Below the pieces are notes generated by a model. It was not told where the DNA came from, ran no database searches, and saw nothing but the letters and a program-made list of their open reading frames with translations. The position numbers and the translations under genes are program-made. Shown piece after piece: positions 30,571-38,975 of a stretch of DNA of 64,000 nucleotides. This DNA comes from Leptonemataceae bacterium (GTDB taxonomy: Bacteria > Spirochaetota > Leptospiria > Leptospirales > Leptonemataceae): the NCBI GenBank assembly GCA_965227295.1, contig OZ245742.1:384001-448000 (forward strand). The letters are read 5' to 3'. Position 1 is the first letter of the stretch; the number at the start of each line of letters is the position of its first letter.

Positions 30571-31143
30571 ATGGAATTCGATATCGAAGCACTGGTCCGG
30601 GAGCATTCGGATGCCCTGTACCGTTTCGCTCTCTCCCGCCTGCGCGACGAAGAAGCGGCCGAGGACCTCGTTCAGGAAACCTTTCTCGCGGCCATGAAGA
30701 GCCTCGCGAATTTCCGCGGTGAATCTCAGGTTCGAACGTATCTTACCGGCATCTTAAAAAACAAGATCCTCGATCATTACAAAAAACGAAAACGCGAAGA
30801 GTCGTACGCCGCCGTCGAAGACTTCGAGGACGGTGAGCGCCGCGGCCGGATGATGTTTCAGGCCGACGGCCACTGGCATGGCGACGCAATCCCCCGGGAC
30901 TGGTCCGGACGCGATCCCGCGGCGGCGGCGGAGCGCGCGGCCTTTCTCGAAATCCTGGAACAATGCCTCGAACGACTGAGCCCGCGCATGGCCCGGATCT
31001 TCGCGTTACGGGAACTGGACCATCTCAGCAATCAGGAAATCTGTAAGCTCCTGGACTTAACGGAGACCAACGTCGGTGTGATCCTGCATCGCGCGCGACT
31101 ACAGTTGCAGCACTGCATCGGCCGGTCCTGGATCCAGGAGTAA
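30571..31143 (+). CDS. ECF RNA polymerase sigma factor
   Basis: AEDLVQETFLAA, TYLTGILKNKILD, EICKLL..NVGVILHRAR. Confidence 0.92.
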   Translation: MEFDIEALVREHSDALYRFALSRLRDEEAAEDLVQETFLAAMKSLANFRGESQVRTYLTGILKNKILDHYKKRKREESYAAVEDFEDGERRGRMMFQADGHWHGDAIPRDWSGRDPAAAAERAAFLEILEQCLERLSPRMARIFALRELDHLSNQEICKLLDLTETNVGVILHRARLQLQHCIGRSWIQE

Positions 31144-31217
31144 CCAGGTTCGCATCGGAGTTTCTTCTGCGTTCGTTTTTACAAAAGATCAAACTGCGCT
31201 TCTTCGGCATAATCATC

Positions 31218-31505
31218 GTGCTGACCGGCCCCATGTGCGACCGCGTAGCGAAGAACGCGTCCGAGGAAATGGACGGCAAGCACCTGCCGTACTTCCAGGG
31301 CCTGGGTCAGCGCATGCATCTGGCCTGTTGCGATTGGTGCGCCGACTACGTCGCGAACCTGCACGCGATGCGGCGCGGCATACAGGGCCACGACGCCCAC
31401 GTGCAGGAAAACGACGCACGGAAAATTCTGGGCGGCCTCTCCGAGGAATCGAAGCAGCGCATCATTGCACGGCTGCGGGATGAGGAGCGACCGGGGCAAT
31501 CGTAA
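31218..31505 (+). CDS. zf-HC2 anti-sigma factor (start uncertain)
   Basis: C..HLACCDWC ZAS motif directly after the ECF sigma gene. Confidence 0.75.
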   Translation: MLTGPMCDRVAKNASEEMDGKHLPYFQGLGQRMHLACCDWCADYVANLHAMRRGIQGHDAHVQENDARKILGGLSEESKQRIIARLRDEERPGQS

Positions 31506-31536
31506 GCGCCGGTGTCTTCGCCGCCGGCGACGCCGT

Positions 31537-31722
31537 TCACTGCAACAACGCCACGACCTTTTTCGCCACGGCCTTCGTTGAGTACGGATTCTGCCCGGTA
31601 ACCAGACGTTCCAAGACCACGGCATACGGAACGAACGGAAACGTCTTGCGGTAGTTCGCCCCGCGTTTTTTGAGTTCGTCTTCCAGCAGAAACGGTACCA
31701 CCTTTGTAAGACCGACGGTATA
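31537..31722 (-). pseudogene. C-terminal remnant of a DJ-1/PfpI (Hsp31-like) protein
   Basis: Translated by hand: VGLTKVVPFLLEDELKKRGANY...LVTGQNPYSTKAVAKKVVALLQ*. An in-frame stop lies immediately upstream and the catalytic N-terminal part is absent. Confidence 0.75.
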
Positions 31723-31743
31723 TTAACTTTACCTCCATGAATG

Positions 31744-32049
31744 TTACGAACGCTCCCCGCGTAGTGCGAAGAGCGTCCAGAGTCCGGCGGCGGTTTCGGT
31801 TCCGGCAAAGAGCAGGATCATCGGCGGGAAGTGGCCCAGTCCTACAAGGACCGCAAAGAAAAAGAACTGCCCGATGCGCACCGGTACGGTCCACTCGAAG
31901 AACGGCCGAAAGCCGGCGAAGCCCAGACGCGTATAGTAGTAGCCCAGGACCAGCACGGCCAGGCCGACGACGCGCACCCAGACCTCGCTGTACTCCGGGA
32001 ATCCGAAGAGACCGAGCAGCAGATTCGGCACGAAGATCAGCGCCAACAT
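31744..32049 (-). CDS. Small membrane protein, probably N-terminally truncated
   Basis: 3-4 TM segments; begins abruptly mid-helix (MLALIFVPNLLL); its ATG overlaps the MerR ATG. Confidence 0.6.
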   Translation of the reverse strand: MLALIFVPNLLLGLFGFPEYSEVWVRVVGLAVLVLGYYYTRLGFAGFRPFFEWTVPVRIGQFFFFAVLVGLGHFPPMILLFAGTETAAGLWTLFALRGERS

Positions 32050-32389
32050 GCTGATTTCAGAGCTTTCCCGTCGCACGGGCATTTCCCGCCACACGATCCG
32101 CTACTACGAAAAGTTCGGTCTCATTGAACCCCACGGCCGCCAGGAGAACAACTACCGCTACTACAGCGAAGACGACCTCGCGACGATCGCCTTCATCGAT
32201 CGTGTGAAGCGCCTGGGGTTTTCGCTGCGCGAAATCCGCGAGTTCCTGGACGTTTTTGCCCGGGACGTCGGCAGCGGCCGGGCCGAGCCGGCGAAGATCA
32301 TTCGCGCCCATCTCGAACAGAACCGCGACCGTAGCTCACTGCCGCAACTGATTGCGTTACTGGATGAAGATGTGCCGGTGGGTTCGTAA
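32048..32389 (+). CDS. MerR-family transcriptional regulator (short C-terminus)
   Basis: ISELSRRTGISRHTIRYYEKFGLI..NNYRYY..LGFSLREIR. Confidence 0.85.
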   Translation: MLISELSRRTGISRHTIRYYEKFGLIEPHGRQENNYRYYSEDDLATIAFIDRVKRLGFSLREIREFLDVFARDVGSGRAEPAKIIRAHLEQNRDRSSLPQLIALLDEDVPVGS

Positions 32390-32469
32390 GATCCAGTACG
32401 CCCCCGGAAATTCAAACATTCACTGAACGAAACTTTACGCTTTTATTCGGGGCGATCGCGACCACACGA

Positions 32470-34743
32470 TCACAACATGCCCTGTGCTTCCAGATACGCC
32501 CGCAGGTCGGCGCCGGCCCGCGAGTCCTGTTTGTAGAACACGGCCGGCTTTCCCAACGGCGCCGGGGTCTCGCGCCATTCGCCGCCTGAAGCAATGACCT
32601 CGCCGGACCAGAGATGCACCCACTGCCCTTCCGGAAGATACGCGCGCACGTTCTGGCGATCGGGGTCGAGCACCGGAGCCACCAGGAAGTCCGGACCGAA
32701 CAAAAACGCCTCGTGCGAAATCCGGCGGACGTTCGGGTCGTTCGGATAATGCATCCAGAGATGGCGCACCACGGGCATGCCGCTAACGTTCGCTTCTTTC
32801 ACCAGGCCTTTGCGATACGGGGCCAGGGCCGCAAAGATCCGCGCGAAACGATCAAAGAACTGCAACATCTCCGGCGAATCGTAGATCTGCACGTTGTTTT
32901 CCGGTTGATTGCCCTCGTGCGTACGAAAGACGACGTTGAACGCCGAGAGTTCGGTCCAGCGCTTCAGCAACTCCTCCGAACGATGATAATCCGCAATCGC
33001 GTGCGTGATGGTCGTATAACCGCCGATGTCCGTATGATTCAGGCTGTAGCCGGACAGGCCGCTGGACAATAGACCGGTCACCGCGGTCTTGATGCCGTCG
33101 TAGCGATCCCAACTCACCAGTTGATCGCCGAGCCAGAACAACGTCGTCAGGCCGGGGCTCTTCGTATAGCCGCTCCGCGAGAAGAAGACGACCTCATTGC
33201 CCAGGCCCACCTCGTTGATGGCCTCGCGATTCAGTTGCTGCCAGACCTCGGGATACTTGTTGTGATACGTGGACGGGCTCTCGCCGCTGAACAGTACCGC
33301 GTCGTAGGGCAGGGCCTCGCCGAAGTCCGCCATCCAGCCGCGCGCCCCCGTGGTTACCAGTTCGCTTTTGATGACGTCTTTGATCCACTTACGCGCGCCG
33401 GGATTCGTTAAGTCGATGATGGCCGCGGAAAACGAGGTGTTCGGAATGAGATAGATTTCGCCTGCGGGATTCTTCACGAGATAGCCGGCGTCTTTCGCCT
33501 CGACGAAGAGATTGCGGCGGGCGTTGGGCTTTTCGCTAACGTCTACTAAGAATGGGTTAATGTAGATCATCAACTCGATGCCGTCTTTTTGCAAGTCGCG
33601 CCGCAGCTCGGCCCAGCCCGGATAACGATCGCGGTCCAGTTCCCAGTTCCACCAGAGCTGCTTGCCGAACGTCGTCTTGCGCTGGCCCTCCCAGTCCTGA
33701 AGCCAGTAGGCCGCGAGGGGCGTACCCAGTTCCTGAAGTTGCGCGTGCACGCGCCGGACTTTCTCGGTGCCGCCCTGCATGCCGATGATGGCGCCGTCGT
33801 GAATCCAGTCCGGCAGCTCCCGCATGCGTCCGGCGTACTCGGTGTACTCGCTCACGAGCTCCGCCGGGCTTTCACCGTACAGAATGCGGCCGGTCATTTT
33901 CGATGAAAACGCTTCGACGATCACACTGTCCGCCGCGCGCAAGTCGAAGCTGGTGTACTCGTAGTTTTCGAGAAAGAACGAGTTCATCTCGCTCGTAACG
34001 TAGTGCGGCACCCCGGCGTACGAGGTATACCAGGTGCCGCCCGCACCCGCCGAAAGATTCGCGCCGGTGGTGATGGGTTCAGCCCCGCGGCCGATGCCCT
34101 GCTCCGAAACGAAGATGGGTAGCTTGCGACCTTTGGTATCGAAGTAGGTGAACTGCTCACCGAAACCGTAGAAACCCTCCTCCGCCTGCGAGGCGTAGAT
34201 GACATACGTGCGGTTGTAGTCCGGATTCGCCATCGTAAGTTCAAAGCGTAGATGGCCCTCGCTCGTCTCGCTAAAGGTTAGTTCGTACGGTGTTTGTCCG
34301 CCGCCGCAGCCCAGCTTGCCTGCAATTACGACTCTCACGCCGTCGGAGTCTACGGTATCCAGCCTCTGTTCGTCGCAGCGTTCGAGGATGTGATCGTCCA
34401 CCGTGAACATCCCGCGCTCCTCGTGGATGTCCTCTTCGCCCCGGGCGGCAACGACGAAGGCCCGGCCGGGAACTGTTTGCCACAGCACCTTTTCCGGATT
34501 GTCCGAGCGGCGAATCTTCAGCACGGCCTCGTCCAGGGATGTGCCGCTCCAGGCGAGTTCGAACGAACCGGCTTTCTGTACGGCCGGCGCAAACGTCCAA
34601 TCACCGGGAACGAGATGGCCGTGGGGCACGGTCTCGCAAGCGACGAAGAAGAGACCGGCGGTTACGACAAAGAACTGAAATGACGCGGTGCGCAATGCAC
34701 TGCAAAAAAATGATGCGCGGGCGAACAAAAACGAGTGAGACAT
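32470..34743 (-). CDS. GH31 alpha-glucosidase, YihQ-like clade, probably a lipoprotein
   Basis: YGFGEQF, WLQDW, GWMADFGE (nucleophile), WLGDQ (acid/base), HTDIGGY, FRTHEG; possible lipobox FVAC. Confidence 0.88.
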   Translation of the reverse strand: MSHSFLFARASFFCSALRTASFQFFVVTAGLFFVACETVPHGHLVPGDWTFAPAVQKAGSFELAWSGTSLDEAVLKIRRSDNPEKVLWQTVPGRAFVVAARGEEDIHEERGMFTVDDHILERCDEQRLDTVDSDGVRVVIAGKLGCGGGQTPYELTFSETSEGHLRFELTMANPDYNRTYVIYASQAEEGFYGFGEQFTYFDTKGRKLPIFVSEQGIGRGAEPITTGANLSAGAGGTWYTSYAGVPHYVTSEMNSFFLENYEYTSFDLRAADSVIVEAFSSKMTGRILYGESPAELVSEYTEYAGRMRELPDWIHDGAIIGMQGGTEKVRRVHAQLQELGTPLAAYWLQDWEGQRKTTFGKQLWWNWELDRDRYPGWAELRRDLQKDGIELMIYINPFLVDVSEKPNARRNLFVEAKDAGYLVKNPAGEIYLIPNTSFSAAIIDLTNPGARKWIKDVIKSELVTTGARGWMADFGEALPYDAVLFSGESPSTYHNKYPEVWQQLNREAINEVGLGNEVVFFSRSGYTKSPGLTTLFWLGDQLVSWDRYDGIKTAVTGLLSSGLSGYSLNHTDIGGYTTITHAIADYHRSEELLKRWTELSAFNVVFRTHEGNQPENNVQIYDSPEMLQFFDRFARIFAALAPYRKGLVKEANVSGMPVVRHLWMHYPNDPNVRRISHEAFLFGPDFLVAPVLDPDRQNVRAYLPEGQWVHLWSGEVIASGGEWRETPAPLGKPAVFYKQDSRAGADLRAYLEAQGML

Positions 34744-34933
34744 GAACGCTTCCTTACTGAGTCTTTGAATTTCGGAAACATACTCGCAATCCCCACACGG
34801 TGGTTCGCAAGTAGTTTTTCTATGACCGGCGCGACTCCAACCGACGTCGCGCTTTTTAGCGACACCGGAGACGCCCGACCGGGACGTCCGGGCCGCGCTT
34901 TTGACAGCGAGCGACGTTGGCCGTGGGGACGCC

Positions 34934-35827
34934 TTAAAACGCGAGCATCGCTTCCGCGATGGCCTCGGGTTCGTCCTGTTGAAAGAAGTGGTTCGCCTCG
35001 GGAAAGAGAACGAGTTTGTAGTTCTTAAGTTTCGTTTCCCAGACTTTACGGATGTGCTCCGGAAACACGGGATCCGACTCGCCCCAGAACAGGATCGCCG
35101 GCTTTTCCAGCAACGGGCCGAGCTTTGCTTCGAGTTGTGCCAGCCATTCGCGTTCCTGGTAGATCGAGCGCGGGAAAACCCAGGTGCCGATACGCGACGC
35201 CTCGGTTTCGAAGGGCGCCAGGTATGCGGCCTTCGCCTCGTTCGCCAGTTCCGGGGCGTTGCGTTTGTAACCGAACGTCAACTGGCCCATGCTCATCTTC
35301 ACGAAACTGTTTTTCGTAAGCGTGCGTTCGCGCATGTCGTCGCCGCCCATGCGATCCGAAAACGCCTTCATGTTCTGCCCGGCTTCCGTGCCGAGGTCCG
35401 GTGCCCAGGCCCAGGTGTTGCCGATGAACACGTTTTCGATTCGCTCCGCGCGATCCGCCGCCATGTTGAGGCCGATGGGACCGCCCCAGTCCTGCACGAA
35501 AATCGAAAACGTACCGGGCACCAGTTGGTCCACGACCTGGCCGAGGATCTTCGAATGCGACTGCGGTTTGTGATCGTACTTTTCGACCGGCGGTTTCTCG
35601 GACAAACCGAAGCCGGGATAATCGACGGCGATGCAGCGAAACTTTTCCCGCAACCGGCGCATCATGGGGACATACAAAAGCGACCAGCTCGGATTGCCGT
35701 GACACAGAATCACCACGGGACCGTCCCGCGGCCCTTCATCGAGGTAGTGGACGTTCATGCCGTCGATCTGCATCCAGTGCGATTCGAAGGGATAAAGATC
35801 TTTGCTGATTTCAAACGGCCGCTGCAT
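34934..35827 (-). CDS. Alpha/beta hydrolase, haloalkane dehalogenase-like
   Basis: HGNPSWS, DYPGFGLS, QDWGG, ANHFFQQD. Start trimmed to MQRPFEI. Confidence 0.88.
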   Translation of the reverse strand: MQRPFEISKDLYPFESHWMQIDGMNVHYLDEGPRDGPVVILCHGNPSWSLLYVPMMRRLREKFRCIAVDYPGFGLSEKPPVEKYDHKPQSHSKILGQVVDQLVPGTFSIFVQDWGGPIGLNMAADRAERIENVFIGNTWAWAPDLGTEAGQNMKAFSDRMGGDDMRERTLTKNSFVKMSMGQLTFGYKRNAPELANEAKAAYLAPFETEASRIGTWVFPRSIYQEREWLAQLEAKLGPLLEKPAILFWGESDPVFPEHIRKVWETKLKNYKLVLFPEANHFFQQDEPEAIAEAMLAF

Positions 35828-35871
35828 GGGGCTGAGCAGGCGCGATTTGCGAATGGAATGCAAGAAGAAAA

Positions 35872-35997
35872 ACTCCGAGGACCGAGGTTCCGAGTTTACG
35901 AGGAAAAGAAAAAGCAATCCAACACTCATAACAACCCGACATCCACTCCACGATATCCCTCCAAATCTTCCCTTCTCGGAGCCTCGGTCCTCGGAGT
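35872..35997. repeat. Long-armed inverted repeat element (REP/MITE-like)
   Basis: actccgaggaccgaggttccgag (35872-35894) versus the reverse complement of ctcggagcctcggtcctcggagt (35975-35997), 22/23 match. Confidence 0.75.
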
Positions 35998-36006
35998 AAA
36001 ACCTTC

Positions 36007-37002
36007 CTACCGCTCATGACCGAAGATCACCTCCACCTCCGGAAACTCCTCCGCGAACGCCTTGAGTTGTTCAAAACTGCGCCGGGTTTCGCCGCGGTCG
36101 TTGACCCAGCCCGGTTCGATGTTGTGTTCGAAGCCCAGGCGCGTGTGGCTGGCGTCGCCGGTCAGTAAGATGGGACCGCGCGGCGCCATGATTACATAGC
36201 TGAGGTGCGCGTTCGAATGCCCCGGCGTGGAAACGGCCCAGAACGAACCGTCGCCGAAGACATCGACCGCACGGCCGAGCGGCGGCATCATCGGGGCCGC
36301 GGCCAGGTCGAGTTCTTCGAGGACGTCGATGCCCGCCAGGTGCTGGCTGTAGTACAGCATAAAGTAGTTCACGTAAGTTTCGTCTTTGCCCACGAACCAG
36401 CGGACGTCCTGATACTCCGGCTGCGCCGAGATCGCCGGCACGCCGGAAGAATGATCGCCGTGCAGGTGCGTGAAGAATACGCCCTTTAACTGATTGTCAT
36501 CGGAAGTTACCCGCTCCAGTTGCGAGAGGATGTCCTGCCCCGGCTCCTGGCGCGATGTAAGAATGTAACCGTCCGCAAGCATGCCGCGAACCCCGCCGCC
36601 CTGCTCTCCTTTCTGAAACGAGGTATCGAGACCGGTGTCGATCAAGAAACAACCTTCACGTTTGTGACAGAACCAGAAGGCGTAGACGTCCACGAAGACC
36701 TCCGCGCTGCGATCCTCCGGCGAAAGCTCCGCGTACTCCGGCCGCTCCGTATTCAGCATGCCCTCGCGCGGGACTTTTACCTGGCCGGTGTGCAGCGGCT
36801 GGAACCCGGTAATGTCTCCTCGCCGGGCAAACACGTCTTTCCAGGAACGATTTTCGGAATCGGCGTTGTTCAACTTCGCGGGCCGGACGCGCGCGGAGTT
36901 TCCGGGCAGATCGGCCGGGCGACGATCGGGTTCGTCGATGCTGATGCAATGCACGGCAACGGCGGTGGTCATACAAAAAACGATACGGCTTGCGTGTTTC
37001 AT
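36007..37002 (-). CDS. MBL-fold metallo-hydrolase (AHL-lactonase-like), lipoprotein
   Basis: LIDTG, THLHGDH, TPGHS, LTGDA, FGHE; lipobox AVHC. Confidence 0.85.
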   Translation of the reverse strand: MKHASRIVFCMTTAVAVHCISIDEPDRRPADLPGNSARVRPAKLNNADSENRSWKDVFARRGDITGFQPLHTGQVKVPREGMLNTERPEYAELSPEDRSAEVFVDVYAFWFCHKREGCFLIDTGLDTSFQKGEQGGGVRGMLADGYILTSRQEPGQDILSQLERVTSDDNQLKGVFFTHLHGDHSSGVPAISAQPEYQDVRWFVGKDETYVNYFMLYYSQHLAGIDVLEELDLAAAPMMPPLGRAVDVFGDGSFWAVSTPGHSNAHLSYVIMAPRGPILLTGDASHTRLGFEHNIEPGWVNDRGETRRSFEQLKAFAEEFPEVEVIFGHER

Positions 37003-37106
37003 GCGCAGCAGAGTAACCGATGTACAAACGCAGCACAAGGACGGCCGTCACTTCGAGCTGTGACTTTTGTTACGCCTGAGCGACCGGGAAGGTTTTGTAA
37101 GAGTTC

Positions 37107-37784
37107 CTACAAAAGGTCCCTGAGGCCATCGGGATCGTTGAGCCAGATCATGCCGGGCGAATCCGGCTGGGTGGAAATGAGGCCGGCCTCGCGCAGATCG
37201 CGAAGCGAGCGCGCCACGACCTCCCGGGACGTGGCAATCGAATCGGCCAGTTCTTGCTGGCTCACCCGAACCACCGCCGGCCCCGTCGGCTCCCGGCCGA
37301 ACTTGAGCAGGTGACGAATGATGCGACGGCGCACCGGTTCAAAGGCCGCGGACGCCAGCTCATCCAGCACGCCGTAGACCCGCCGCGCGCACTCCCCCGC
37401 AATGCACCAGGCCAACTGCGGCTCCGTTTGCGCCAGGCGGCGCACGGCGTCCCCCGGGACCATCCAGCCCCGCGCATCCTCCAGGACTTCGACGCCCAGG
37501 TCCACCGGCCCGCCGACGACGGCTACGAGCCCCATAATGTCCCCCGGCCCCACGTAACGCACGGCCATGCGCCGGCCGGACTCCGGCTCCTCGCGATACA
37601 TCCGCGCTACGCCGGTCAGGACGAGGACCAGGTTCGAAGATTCCCCGCGGTAGACCGTGGTGCCGGCCGGGAAGTCCATCATCATACCCGGCGCGAACAG
37701 ACGGCGACGCAGATCGTCGGGCAGGTCGCCGAAGAACGTGGCGACCGAGGCGGATTCGACTTCCGGTGAAAGCGCATCGGACAC
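37107..37784 (-). CDS. Crp/Fnr-family transcriptional regulator
   Basis: cNMP-binding fold and HTH SQQELADSIATSREVVARSL. Confidence 0.88.
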   Translation of the reverse strand: MSDALSPEVESASVATFFGDLPDDLRRRLFAPGMMMDFPAGTTVYRGESSNLVLVLTGVARMYREEPESGRRMAVRYVGPGDIMGLVAVVGGPVDLGVEVLEDARGWMVPGDAVRRLAQTEPQLAWCIAGECARRVYGVLDELASAAFEPVRRRIIRHLLKFGREPTGPAVVRVSQQELADSIATSREVVARSLRDLREAGLISTQPDSPGMIWLNDPDGLRDLL

Positions 37785-37909
37785 CGCGTGAGAATGGGAT
37801 AGAGCCGCGCTTCGTCAAGGCGGTTCGGGAAAGCAGGTTCCTCGCGGCACGAATCAAACAGCGTTAAATTTACTGGACGATCTGTCCCCTGCACGCGACG
37901 CGGTTCCTT

Positions 37910-38968
37910 ATGCCAGCACCTGCCGCCCCGGTCTTGCCCGGCTCCGTCGAACCGTCCCTCAGCAAGATGCGCGGCTACATCCCCGCGCACTGCTTTCGCC
38001 CGCATACCGGCAAGGCCCTGTTCTACCTGCTCACCGCGATTCTGGAAGTCGGCGCGGCCTCGGTGTTCGCGTACATCGTCTGGCTGAACGAGTGGTATGC
38101 ACTGTGGCCCGCGGCCTGGTTCGTCGGCGGCGTCGCCTTCACCTCGTGGTTCGTGGTGGGACACGACTGCGGGCACTACGCCTTCCTGAAAAATCGCCGC
38201 GCCATGGTCGCCGTCGGTCACGTGCTCATGGCGCCGTTGTTCTATCCGTTCTACGCCTGGAAGTACTCCCACGACGCGCATCACAAGAACACGAATCGCC
38301 TCGAACGCACGGACGACGTCTACTTCGACAACGCCTGGATTCCCCATACGGTGGCGGAGCATGAGAGAATGCGCACGGAGTCGCCCTGGGTCCGCCGACT
38401 GTATCGTCTGGCGCGGCGGTTGCCGGCCTTCGGGTCCTTGCTGCATTTGCCGGGCTATTTGTTCCAGGCGGGAATGTTTCGCAAGGATCACCGGCGTAAA
38501 GTGTTGTTCTCGTACGCCTTCGTAGCTGTCGTTTGTATGATGTTAGTGCCGGCGATCTATTTCGCGACGAACTCCTGGTTCGCGGTGCTGCACTTCTGGA
38601 TTCTGCCGGCGCTCCTGTTTCAAATCTGGATGTCCACGTATACGTTCTTGCATCACACCGCCGAAGACATTCCGTTTTATGCCCCGGACGAATGGACCCC
38701 GTTCAAGGGCCAGGCCCTGTCCACCGTGAACGTACGTTTCCCGGCCTGGCTTTCGTTCCTGCACTTCCACATCGACGTACACATCCCGCATCACGTCGCG
38801 CCGAACCTGCCGGCGTATCATCTCAAGCAGGCGAACGCGGCGTTGCAGGCTTCGCCGTACGGCGCGATCATGAAAGAGATGCAGTTTTCCTGGGGCTACC
38901 TGTTCCGACAAATTCGAGCCTGCCGGTTGTGGGACGAGGAGCACCGGAGGTACGTGGGACTGAACTGA
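37910..38968 (+). CDS. Membrane fatty acid desaturase (delta-12-like)
   Basis: Histidine boxes HDCGH, HDAHH and HIPHH. Confidence 0.9.
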   Translation: MPAPAAPVLPGSVEPSLSKMRGYIPAHCFRPHTGKALFYLLTAILEVGAASVFAYIVWLNEWYALWPAAWFVGGVAFTSWFVVGHDCGHYAFLKNRRAMVAVGHVLMAPLFYPFYAWKYSHDAHHKNTNRLERTDDVYFDNAWIPHTVAEHERMRTESPWVRRLYRLARRLPAFGSLLHLPGYLFQAGMFRKDHRRKVLFSYAFVAVVCMMLVPAIYFATNSWFAVLHFWILPALLFQIWMSTYTFLHHTAEDIPFYAPDEWTPFKGQALSTVNVRFPAWLSFLHFHIDVHIPHHVAPNLPAYHLKQANAALQASPYGAIMKEMQFSWGYLFRQIRACRLWDEEHRRYVGLN

Positions 38969-38975
38969 AAAATCT

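Noticed and set aside
35828-35929. N-terminal extension of the alpha/beta hydrolase
   Set aside because: It runs through the inverted-repeat element; family similarity begins at MQRPF (35827).
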